In this document: piece by piece, positions 11,391-19,588 of the stretch
How the letters are laid out: every line of letters begins with the position of its first letter
How positions within the stretch are numbered: position 1 is the stretch's first letter
Assembly (NCBI GenBank): GCA_918797485.1
Contig: CAKKNE010000002.1
Location: forward strand, 4,526,001 to 4,590,000
DNA length: 64,000 bases
Reading direction: 5' to 3'
From: Pelagomonas calceolata
Taxonomy: Eukaryota
Position numbers and translations under genes: made by a program
The notes under the pieces: generated by a model
Seen by the model: the letters and a program-made list of their open reading frames with translations, nothing else
Told to the model about the DNA's origin: nothing
Database searches by the model: none

Positions 11391-11528
11391 GGTTGCTGCA
11401 GAGGGTCTCTAGTGGCGCAGCGATGGCGTCAGCTGGGTGTTGCGTCGAGGGCGATGCCGCAACGATGCCACGCGCGGCAAAACGTGCTAGCGCGTCTTTT
11501 TTGCGGCGCAAGTTGCGCTCGGACGGCT

Positions 11529-11555
11529 GCTTGCTAGTGTCTCACTGCCGCTAGC
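11529..11555 (-). promoter_or_regulatory. Double-CTAG intergenic motif copy
   Basis: Reverse complement GCTAGCGGCAGTGAGACACTAGCAAGC between divergent genes. Confidence 0.65.
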
Positions 11556-11615
11556 TCGGAGCGCATCAGAAAACGCGCGCGCGGCCTTATAGCTCATTTT
11601 TAGTAGCTATCGACG

Positions 11616-12278
11616 ATGGCAGAAGCCAGCGGTGGCGCGCCCGCGAACGCGGCGTCGCAGAGCAGCTTAAATGACCAGCTGCTTGTCGCCGCCGGGATGG
11701 GGGACCTCGCAGCGCTGCGCGAGGCCCTCGCCGCGGGTGCCGACGTAGAGGCGAGGATGACCGAGAATGGCGTCACCAGGACGCCACTCGCTCGCGTTGT
11801 CAATCCCCCCATGTCCATATCTGACGAAAGGAGGACAGCGTGCGTACGCGCCCTGCTTTTAGCTGGCGCATCGCTCTCAGCGCCCATAACAACTCCTGGG
11901 GGGAATCGTTGGATGCCGTTGCATGACGCAGCATTCCTTGGGTTGTACACAGTGTGCAGACTGCTTCTAGACGCCGGCGCAGACGTGAACGCACTGCACG
12001 GAGACACTTATACTCCGCTTCACTACGCTGCAAACCGTAGCCACCAAAAGATCATCGCCCTGTTCCTCTCGCGCGGGGCCGTAGACGGCCCGAACGTGGA
12101 CCGATTGGCTAGTTCATCGTACCTCGAGAAGGTCAGGGCCGCCGGCGGTTTCGCAAACTACCAGAAGCAGCACCGCGCAAAGCTGGTCGCGATGCTCGCG
12201 CCGAAGTTCGCCCACATGCTCCCGCCGGAGCTTGTGTCCGTCGTGATCATGTTCTGGGCCCCTGTCGGCCTCCACTAG
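11616..12278 (+). CDS. Ankyrin-repeat protein with C-terminal F-box/PRANC-like tail
   Basis: PLHDAAFLG...LLLDAGADVN and TPLHYAA ankyrin motifs; ends LPPELVSVVIMFW. Confidence 0.85.
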   Translation: MAEASGGAPANAASQSSLNDQLLVAAGMGDLAALREALAAGADVEARMTENGVTRTPLARVVNPPMSISDERRTACVRALLLAGASLSAPITTPGGNRWMPLHDAAFLGLYTVCRLLLDAGADVNALHGDTYTPLHYAANRSHQKIIALFLSRGAVDGPNVDRLASSSYLEKVRAAGGFANYQKQHRAKLVAMLAPKFAHMLPPELVSVVIMFWAPVGLH

Positions 12279-12311
12279 TTGTGCCGTGTGTAAAGTGAAA
12301 TATAGAGCAAC

Positions 12312-13130
12312 TTACGCCGCCAACGCCCGATAAAAATGAGTCACGAGGAAGTGGTTCTTGAGAGGTTTGCCGTGGAAACCGAACGCCCCACCGCCCCAGC
12401 AGCCCTTCGTGCACGGCTCGCTCGGCTTGCCGGCCTCGCAGTGCCGCCGACCCGCGGCCGTCGCCTCGAGGAGCCGGAGCATCTGGGGTTTGCGTTGGCT
12501 CCGCATCGCGCTGATCAAGGCGTCTCCACGCGCATCGACCGCGGCCGTGCAGGTCAGATTCGCGCGGTCGAGGCATTTCAAGAGGGCAACGTCGCCGGCG
12601 CTTTGCGCCTTGTAGCGTCCCGGCGCGCACGTGCCGACGACGGGGCGGATCTGTGCCAGCGCGGCCCGCGAGAACAGATGCATGCCGGGAGACCTATCAC
12701 AAGCGCACTGGCCGAAGGTGAGCGGGTCTGAGGATGCGTACCGCCCCAAGAACGCCCTGAGCCGCTTCAGGTGGACCACCGAGTCGTCCTCGACCATCGC
12801 GAGCCAGTCGAAACCGCTTTGTGCCGCCGCGTATTCGACTGCCGACCGGATCGGGAGCCAGGGCGTGAATCCTTTTGTGTCGTCGTGCGTCACGGCGACG
12901 TTGCGAGTGATGAACTTCCGCGCGCTCTTGCGCCGCGCGACGGTGGCGCCGCGGCTCGCGTTGTACTGGCGCGCGCTTACGGCGATCGTGACGTCGTCGC
13001 AGTCTTTGAGCCACGTGCTCGCGACGGCTTCGAGCGACCGCGACGGCGGCCAGCGCGAGGGGACGACGCAAAGAATCCGACCCGGCTCGGCGGCCGCGAG
13101 GGTCGCGAAGCAGAGCCAGGGAGTTTTCAT
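12312..13130 (-). CDS. Putative GT31/Fringe-like glycosyltransferase, secreted or Golgi
   Basis: Signal-like N-terminus; RILCVV, TWLKDCD, DWLAMVEDDSVV, LRAFL, FSRAAL, GDVALLKCL resemble the C1GalT/Fringe family. Confidence 0.65.
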   Translation of the reverse strand: MKTPWLCFATLAAAEPGRILCVVPSRWPPSRSLEAVASTWLKDCDDVTIAVSARQYNASRGATVARRKSARKFITRNVAVTHDDTKGFTPWLPIRSAVEYAAAQSGFDWLAMVEDDSVVHLKRLRAFLGRYASSDPLTFGQCACDRSPGMHLFSRAALAQIRPVVGTCAPGRYKAQSAGDVALLKCLDRANLTCTAAVDARGDALISAMRSQRKPQMLRLLEATAAGRRHCEAGKPSEPCTKGCWGGGAFGFHGKPLKNHFLVTHFYRALAA

Positions 13131-13261
13131 TATTTTTGCAATGTCATGCCAAGCATTGATGAGATATTTGGATCGTTGTGATATATGCGCTTGGTGAGCA
13201 TACCGTGGACCACAGGACTGGCCAATGCGCGCGTCGCGTCAGTCGTACAAAACCCGTTTTG

Positions 13262-13290
13262 GCTAGCGTCCTGTAAGACACTAGCAAAGC
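13262..13290 (+). promoter_or_regulatory. Double-CTAG intergenic motif copy
   Basis: GCTAGCGTCCTGTAAGACACTAGCAAAGC between divergent genes. Confidence 0.65.
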
Positions 13291-13374
13291 AAGAGGCTGC
13301 TGCTGCACAGGCGAGTTGTACGCTGCTGAACACGAAGCACTCATTTCTGACAAAGATCAAATCACTGCTATGAC

Positions 13375-14778
13375 ATGCGCCACGTGCTAATGCTCGCCCT
13401 CGCTATCAGGCGAGCCTCCACCCTGCTGCCGCCTGCAGCACCGACGCTGCGCACCGCACGCTTCGCGACGGACGCGTCGAGAGCCCTGGAGCGGCGCTTC
13501 GACGCCGCCCTGAGAGACGACTGCGGCGTCCGCGCGAACGATACCGTGGTCGCTGCCATCTCCGGCGGCGTCGATAGCACGTGTCTCTTGCATTTGCTCG
13601 CGCGGGCCGAGTGCCGAGTGAAGGTCGTGACCTTCGACCACCGCCAGCGCGGCGCCGCCTCGACGGAGGACGCGGCCTTCGTGCGGCGCCTCGCGGCGCG
13701 CTACGGTTTGGAATGCGACACGCACGTCTGGGAGGGCGACAAGGGCACTGCAAATGAGTTCCGCGACTGGCGCCGTCGGACGCTTCTTGAGACAGAAGGC
13801 GACCACGTCGCGACGGCGCACCATGCTGATGATGAAACAGAACTGTTCCTGCTGCGGCTGGCGCGCGGCGCGCGCCTGACCAAGGTGCTGGGCGGCATGC
13901 GCATGCGGAAGCCGCCCTTCGTCCGGCCTTTACTAAGGGAGCCGAAGAGCGAACTGAGGAAGTACCTCGAGGATAATAACGAAGAGTGGCGCGACGACGC
14001 GTCGAACGCCGACCCAAGTTACGGGAAGCGGAACCGGGCGCGCCTCGAGGTCGTGCCGCCCCTGGATGCGCTCTGCGAAGGCGGCCTCTCCTCGAAACTG
14101 GATAATTTGAGGCGCCAGGCTGAGGCCGTGCAGGCCTGGATCGACGCCGAAGCCGATACCGTGCTCGCCGCGCGGCGCTCGGGCGCGCTGCCCCTGGCGA
14201 CTTATCGGGAGGCGCCGGAGCCCGTGCGCCTCGAGGTGCTGGACCGCCTCGCGGCCGACGCCGCGGCGACGGACGGGAGCTACGCGGTGCCGTACGCCGT
14301 GCTCTGCGACGCCGACGCGAAGCTCTGTGGTGGCGAGGCGGCGTGGACGCTGCACCTGCCGCGCGGCGTTTTGTTGAGGGTCGGCCACGGCGCGCTGTCG
14401 TGCGCGGAGCCCCCGCCTTCGAGAAGCGTCGGTCGCGTCCGCGTCGACGGGCGGCTCGGGCATCTGTCCGTGGCCCTAGATAGGGGCCTCGCCGTGCCGG
14501 CGCCGGCCGACGGGGCCCTGGAGCTGCGGCCGCGGCAGGCCGGCGACCGCTTCCGCGCGCCGTGGCGCGACGGCCCGCAGAAGCTCTCGACGGTGCTGCG
14601 CGGCCAGCGCATTCGCGACGCGGACGACCGCGCCGCGACGGTCGTGCTCGCCTGCGGGGAGCGCGTCCTCGCCGCGTTCCCGCCGGGCGGCGACGCGCTC
14701 GTCTGCGCGGCCGAGGACGGCGACGGGGAGGTGCTCGTGGACGTCGCGTCGACTTCGTCGATGGCGGGTGATGCGTAG
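13375..14778 (+). CDS. tilS: tRNA(Ile)-lysidine synthase, probably organelle-targeted
   Basis: PP-loop SGGVDS, HRQRG, TAHHADDETE, RPLL, DASN...RNRAR, and C-terminal GDRF...QKL TilS_C-like segment; N-terminal presequence. Confidence 0.9.
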   Translation: MRHVLMLALAIRRASTLLPPAAPTLRTARFATDASRALERRFDAALRDDCGVRANDTVVAAISGGVDSTCLLHLLARAECRVKVVTFDHRQRGAASTEDAAFVRRLAARYGLECDTHVWEGDKGTANEFRDWRRRTLLETEGDHVATAHHADDETELFLLRLARGARLTKVLGGMRMRKPPFVRPLLREPKSELRKYLEDNNEEWRDDASNADPSYGKRNRARLEVVPPLDALCEGGLSSKLDNLRRQAEAVQAWIDAEADTVLAARRSGALPLATYREAPEPVRLEVLDRLAADAAATDGSYAVPYAVLCDADAKLCGGEAAWTLHLPRGVLLRVGHGALSCAEPPPSRSVGRVRVDGRLGHLSVALDRGLAVPAPADGALELRPRQAGDRFRAPWRDGPQKLSTVLRGQRIRDADDRAATVVLACGERVLAAFPPGGDALVCAAEDGDGEVLVDVASTSSMAGDA

Positions 14779-14872
14779 AGGTGTGTTTTTGTCTAGAGAT
14801 AGAGTCACTAGAGCAACTCTGCCCAGCCTCCGACTAGCCTCCACAGCAAAACGCAGCTTGCTGGACTTACAG

Positions 14873-15634
14873 ATGGCCGAAAGGGTCTATCGCATCCCCG
14901 GGCCGCTGGAGAGCTTCGCTTCCTGGCCCGCGTGGCAGCGAGAAGTGCACCTCACCCACTGCTGCCAATTTTGCAGGGATCCATTCACATGCCCTCTTTT
15001 TGCCAGCCTCAAAGTATGCGCTAGGTGTGGACAGAAGGGCTGTTCGGATTGCGTTAGAGGCTGCGACGATTGCTCTGAATGGGGGGGTCCCGACTGCGAC
15101 TGCGACCAGGACGACGTCCTCGAGTACGGGTGCACTTGCCAGCGGTCCACGCCCCGCTACTGCTATGAGTGTCACCATGGACCTTTACAGCAAGTGCACT
15201 GCGGCAAGGTTGTCTGCGCCAGGCACCTCAAATGGCACGACGACACCGCGGAGGCCTGCGCGCACACTCACCACTGGAGGTCCAAAGGCTGCTGCGACTG
15301 TATTCTCCATCAGCGCAAGTGCCGCGACACGCTGGTGCGCGAGGTGGAACGCAATCTATTGCTCGGTGCCAAGGACCGCGCCGCGCCGGCCAAGGACGCG
15401 CCGAAGGCGACGGTCGTGCTCGATCGGCTCGTGCGGAGCGGCCAGGAGCCGATGGCGAGCGTCGTGCTCGACTTTGCGGGCGGCCGGCGCAACAACGGGC
15501 CGCGCAGCAGAATGCCAAGGCCGAAGTTGAGGGCCAAGAAGGATACGAGAATGAAGGCGCCCCGGAAGATGCTCGCCAAGCTGAACGGTCCCTGGCCGGA
15601 GAAGCCCCGACGCGTGGTCGAGGGGCGCTTGTAA
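14873..15634 (+). CDS. Cys/His-rich putative zinc-binding protein
   Basis: Numerous CxxC pairs (CQFC, CARC, CSDC, CDDC, CYEC); start placed at ATG 14873 to avoid overlap with tilS. Confidence 0.6.
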   Translation: MAERVYRIPGPLESFASWPAWQREVHLTHCCQFCRDPFTCPLFASLKVCARCGQKGCSDCVRGCDDCSEWGGPDCDCDQDDVLEYGCTCQRSTPRYCYECHHGPLQQVHCGKVVCARHLKWHDDTAEACAHTHHWRSKGCCDCILHQRKCRDTLVREVERNLLLGAKDRAAPAKDAPKATVVLDRLVRSGQEPMASVVLDFAGGRRNNGPRSRMPRPKLRAKKDTRMKAPRKMLAKLNGPWPEKPRRVVEGRL

Positions 15635-15808
15635 TGTGCAGTATTATTTAGATTTGAGACGCCTCCTGCGGCTCGCGGGAGAGCCATGCTCTCCCGGCTT
15701 TTGTGCTCCCACACGCGATTCGGTACGCCCAGCGCTGCCTAAAAGCCATTAATAGAGGCACCCCGCCGTCGTGGGGCTGCCCGTAACGATCAGCACGATG
15801 GGGCAGCG

Positions 15809-17320
15809 ATGATCATTGGCCTCAGATGCGAGCTGGAGGGCCGGCGGCCGCCAGTCACGTTCTCGGACGACGCCTCCGTCGGGACCATGAGCACGCTCGG
15901 ATCGCCCTACCGGCGGGCGACGGTCACCATTTCGGATGACGCGAGCGTGGGCTCCTACTCGACGTGGTCGACGTGGGGCAGCCCACCGGCGCTGTCCGAG
16001 GAGGAGCTGGCGGCCCGGCGAGCGGCGCGGCAGCGGCGGCGCGCCGCGCACGCCGTCGCGCAGCAGCTCGACTTCATGTACCAAGAAAGGGAAGCGTACC
16101 GCCGCGACGCGCCGCTGCGGCGCAAGCGCGCGCTGGCGAGGAAGGGTCCTGGCGACTTTGGATTAAAAGTGCCGGAGCTCGCGCCGCGGCCCGTGACGCC
16201 CGTTTTACCCGTTGGCAACACTATGACGGGTCTGACCACCAAGGGGCGCAAAAAGAATGCACAACTCGAGCTCAAAGCCGCCGCGGCGTTTCTGGAGAGA
16301 GGCGGCAAGGCCGAGGCCGTCGCGCGGGCCGCCGCCAAGTTCAAGAAAGTGGGCAAGCTCCGCACCGTGAGCCGCGGATCGCGCACGCGCGCCCCGCGGC
16401 TCACGAACATGAGGCGGGAACTTCCGGAGCCGGCGCCGCAGCCCGAGCCCGCTCCCCTCTTAGATTCGCGGCGCCTCGAACGGCGCTTAAAACGCGACGT
16501 CGCCAACTTGCACAAAGCGAAGCCGAGCCCGACGCATCTCAAGGCGAAGCGTGGTCGCGCCCACGCGCTGCGGCTGCGACGGCGCCTCAAGGCGGCGCTC
16601 GGCGACGCCGTGCTCGTGTCCGGCGGTGGAGATGCGAATCTAAGGCGAGAACGGGCGTTCCTCGACGCGCTGTCGCCGACGGGCATCGCCAATGATCAAC
16701 AGCGCATGGCCGCCGGTGACTTCCGCGACGCCCTCGCGAAGCGACTGGATTACCGCATCGACCACGGCGCGGCGAGCGACCTGGCCGCGTTCTTCGGCGG
16801 GCACGACGTGCGTTTGCCCGACGTGCCGGGCGGGTTGCAACGGGCGGCGCGCCTGGACGCAGAGAAATTCTGCGGTGCGATCGTCCGCGGCGTCGCGCGT
16901 CGCGCGTCGATCGAGGCCGTAGCGCGGGAGGAAGAGTTGGAGGCAGCAACTGCGCGACACCTGGAGTGGCGGGCGGCGAACAAAAGAAAGCGGAAGGAGC
17001 GCCGGCGCCGCCGGAAGTTCGACGCGAGTGCCACCCTCAGCGACCTGCGGGCGGCCGAGGCCATGGTCACTCGCGGCGACGAAGACATGCGGATAACTCG
17101 GAAACTCGGCAAGGCCATCGCGGCGCGCTTGGATCCCTCCCACCCGCGGCAGGTGCGCACGGCAAAGCTCCTCGCGCCGCCCGACCCGCGCCGGGGCGGC
17201 ATCTTGCACGACGCGCCGAGCCCCTTCCTGACGAGCGCGTCGGCGCCGTGGGAGTACAAGGACTTCGCCGACTTGCCCGAAGCTGATCAGCGGATATTAG
17301 CCGGGTTGATAAGTACATAG
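15809..17320 (+). CDS. Hypothetical basic protein
   Basis: 503-aa ATG ORF filling the interval; short internal repeat VT(F/I)SDDASVG. Confidence 0.6.
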   Translation: MIIGLRCELEGRRPPVTFSDDASVGTMSTLGSPYRRATVTISDDASVGSYSTWSTWGSPPALSEEELAARRAARQRRRAAHAVAQQLDFMYQEREAYRRDAPLRRKRALARKGPGDFGLKVPELAPRPVTPVLPVGNTMTGLTTKGRKKNAQLELKAAAAFLERGGKAEAVARAAAKFKKVGKLRTVSRGSRTRAPRLTNMRRELPEPAPQPEPAPLLDSRRLERRLKRDVANLHKAKPSPTHLKAKRGRAHALRLRRRLKAALGDAVLVSGGGDANLRRERAFLDALSPTGIANDQQRMAAGDFRDALAKRLDYRIDHGAASDLAAFFGGHDVRLPDVPGGLQRAARLDAEKFCGAIVRGVARRASIEAVAREEELEAATARHLEWRAANKRKRKERRRRRKFDASATLSDLRAAEAMVTRGDEDMRITRKLGKAIAARLDPSHPRQVRTAKLLAPPDPRRGGILHDAPSPFLTSASAPWEYKDFADLPEADQRILAGLIST

Positions 17321-17328
17321 CACACAAG

Positions 17329-19110
17329 TTACACCGTCTGGCCCAGCGGCACGGCCTTGTTCGTCCAGTTGATCAGCGAGTTGTGCACCCCCAAACCCTT
17401 CGGCCGCACGACGCCGTCCACGTCCACATACTCGTCGTCGGCGATGGCGTCCTCCAGGTCCTCCTCGTCGTCCGAGAAGACGACGGGCGACTGGCTCGCG
17501 ACCGCGTCCCGCGCGCGCCCCAGGTCCGTCTTGACCACATTCTTCGCGATACATGCATGGGCCGCCTGCTCCTTGAGCGCGTGGAAGAGCTCGGGGCAAC
17601 GGGACAAAGCAGAATTGATGATTTGCGCACTCAGGACGCCGTCGCCCAGAAGCCCATTCACCATGGGCCGCAGCCGCAATTCCAGAAGCGTCTTTATGGA
17701 ATGGCGTTCGTCGTCCGACTTACTCGCGACGCAGAAGAGCTGCGACAAGTCATCGACGCCCCCTCCACTTCTCTCGAAAAGCTCAAGCAGCCCGGGCAGC
17801 TTGGCTTCCAGAGGCTCCCTCCTCGACGTACCGGGATAGGTGTCCGCCAGCAACCGCAACGCGAGTAATAAGCCCAGCGCGTTCAGACCGTCGTCGCCAC
17901 CAAAGTGCTCCCAGAGCGCTTCGAAGTGGTCACCGTTGAGGCTGGCCACAGCCGCGCGGAAGTTCGACCGTGACACGGTCTTCTTAGCATCAAACAAGTC
18001 CGCCACCTTCACTAGCAAAGGCGCCTCCGCCTCAATAACGGTCCTATCCAACAAAAAGTGGAGCTCGCACGCCCTTAAAAAAGCCTTCAGTGCCTGCCAC
18101 TTGAGCTGGGCCTTTCTATCGTCCTTTCGAAACCGCTCCAGCTGGACCCTTCTGATAACCTCCTCCCGCGTCTCGTTCCGCTCCAGGATCAGATTTTTGC
18201 CGGACTGGTGGTAGACGTGCGTATCATCATTTGTGTTTGTTGGAGGGCGCTTCGATGGAGCCGACCTAGGACGCCTTGTTGTCAAGAGGGGCTGCCGCTT
18301 CAGGGGCCGCGCGCTGTGGAAGTCGTGCGTGGCTTTGGTCTGGCGGTGTTGCCTTCGCGCCCGCGGGTCCACGTGCTGCGGGCCGCGCGGCACGGGCTCG
18401 CGCCCATCGACCAAATGGCCGTACGTGTCCCTGCGAATGGAGGCGGACTTGGGCCTCGCCCGACTCCGTCGCAGCCGTTCCTTTTTGCGACGCCCGACTT
18501 CGGCTAACGTAGCCGTGGTCTGCGACGAGTAGAACTCGGACCCGCGGAACGTTTCCTTGAGCACGTTTTTGGCAAATGCCCCGGCGCCGGGGAAGCGCGC
18601 CTCGTCGGGCCAGCACCGACACGAGAATGTTGTACTTGGACCGGCCACATAGCCCAGCGTCTCGTTCCTCAGAGGAGGCGCCCACTCGTCCGCTAATAAT
18701 GACACGGACGCCGCCTCGAAGCTTGTGACCGATGGCACTCCTTTATTGGTACGGTCCGCGGACCGCCTCACTATGGTCGAGGCGCCCCTCCCTCCATACC
18801 GATACGCGGCGCCCCGCATACTCCCGGGCGGCACCACGGCGTTGCCCGCGTAGAAGTGGCCCTCCCTCCCGACAACGGGGCGCGGTTCCGTTCGCTGGTG
18901 GTGGTAGGCGAAGAGTCTTTCATGTAAATCGACCGGCACCGGTTCGGGCGCCGGCTTTTGTTCTGGTATCGGAGGCGGTGCGGGCTTCTTCCTCCGAATC
19001 TTGCGCAGCAGCGGGTCGCGCGTCGAACAGCCATAAAGCCGCGCGCGCCGCAGGGTCTCTGTCCGAGGCTTGTACTCCGCATATGAGCGTGGGGCTGCTG
19101 GTCCACCCAT
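17329..19110 (-). CDS. Hypothetical protein
   Basis: 593-aa ATG ORF, convergent with the previous gene; no motif recognised. Confidence 0.65.
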   Translation of the reverse strand: MGGPAAPRSYAEYKPRTETLRRARLYGCSTRDPLLRKIRRKKPAPPPIPEQKPAPEPVPVDLHERLFAYHHQRTEPRPVVGREGHFYAGNAVVPPGSMRGAAYRYGGRGASTIVRRSADRTNKGVPSVTSFEAASVSLLADEWAPPLRNETLGYVAGPSTTFSCRCWPDEARFPGAGAFAKNVLKETFRGSEFYSSQTTATLAEVGRRKKERLRRSRARPKSASIRRDTYGHLVDGREPVPRGPQHVDPRARRQHRQTKATHDFHSARPLKRQPLLTTRRPRSAPSKRPPTNTNDDTHVYHQSGKNLILERNETREEVIRRVQLERFRKDDRKAQLKWQALKAFLRACELHFLLDRTVIEAEAPLLVKVADLFDAKKTVSRSNFRAAVASLNGDHFEALWEHFGGDDGLNALGLLLALRLLADTYPGTSRREPLEAKLPGLLELFERSGGGVDDLSQLFCVASKSDDERHSIKTLLELRLRPMVNGLLGDGVLSAQIINSALSRCPELFHALKEQAAHACIAKNVVKTDLGRARDAVASQSPVVFSDDEEDLEDAIADDEYVDVDGVVRPKGLGVHNSLINWTNKAVPLGQTV

Positions 19111-19486
19111 TTTGCGGCTGCCCCGCGCGCACGGCTGGCGTGTGTCGGTGCTCTCGGCGCTTCTCGCGGCACTGAGCCTGCTCGCACAGCTTGTATAATC
19201 TGCGCTGCGTCCAGCGCCTCCCGCGCGCGGCCGTGCAACATCAGACCTCGGAGCTATCTCGAGCGAGACGTCCCGACCGGCTCTGTGGAGCCGTGATCGT
19301 CAGAGAGGGAGCTGCTCGAAAAAGCTAGTAGCTCCGAGCACCAGGCCATCCGAGCTCGTAAATTGAGCGCGGCTCGTACGCGTCGGGCAGCCCCCCCTGC
19401 TCGGGCAGCCCACGCGTCGTTGCACGCCTCGCTGCGGCCCGGCCCCGGCTTGGGCGCAGAACGCGCGCCGCCGCCCCTGCGGCAGC

Positions 19487-19585
19487 CCTGAAACTAAACT
19501 TTCGCACAGCTGCGCGTCGGCCTCGGCTGTGGCCTGAACCAGAGGGCGCCGCCGCCCCCGCCAGCCTGAAACTAAACTTTCGCAC
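19487..19585 (+). repeat. Direct repeat of CCTGAAACTAAACTTTCGCAC just upstream of the ATG
   Basis: Exact 21-nt copies at 19487-19507 and 19565-19585, each preceded by a similar GCGCCGCCGCCCC run. Confidence 0.85.
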
Positions 19586-19588
19586 GCC

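Noticed and set aside
13375..14778. tilS, cysE and dienelactone hydrolase as evidence of bacterial DNA or recent HGT
   Set aside because: They carry N-terminal targeting extensions, match host composition and lie among spliceosomal-intron genes
14768..14872. Overlap of the Cys-rich ORF with the tilS 3' end
   Set aside because: The upstream extension looks like intergenic sequence; ATG 14873 is the more plausible start
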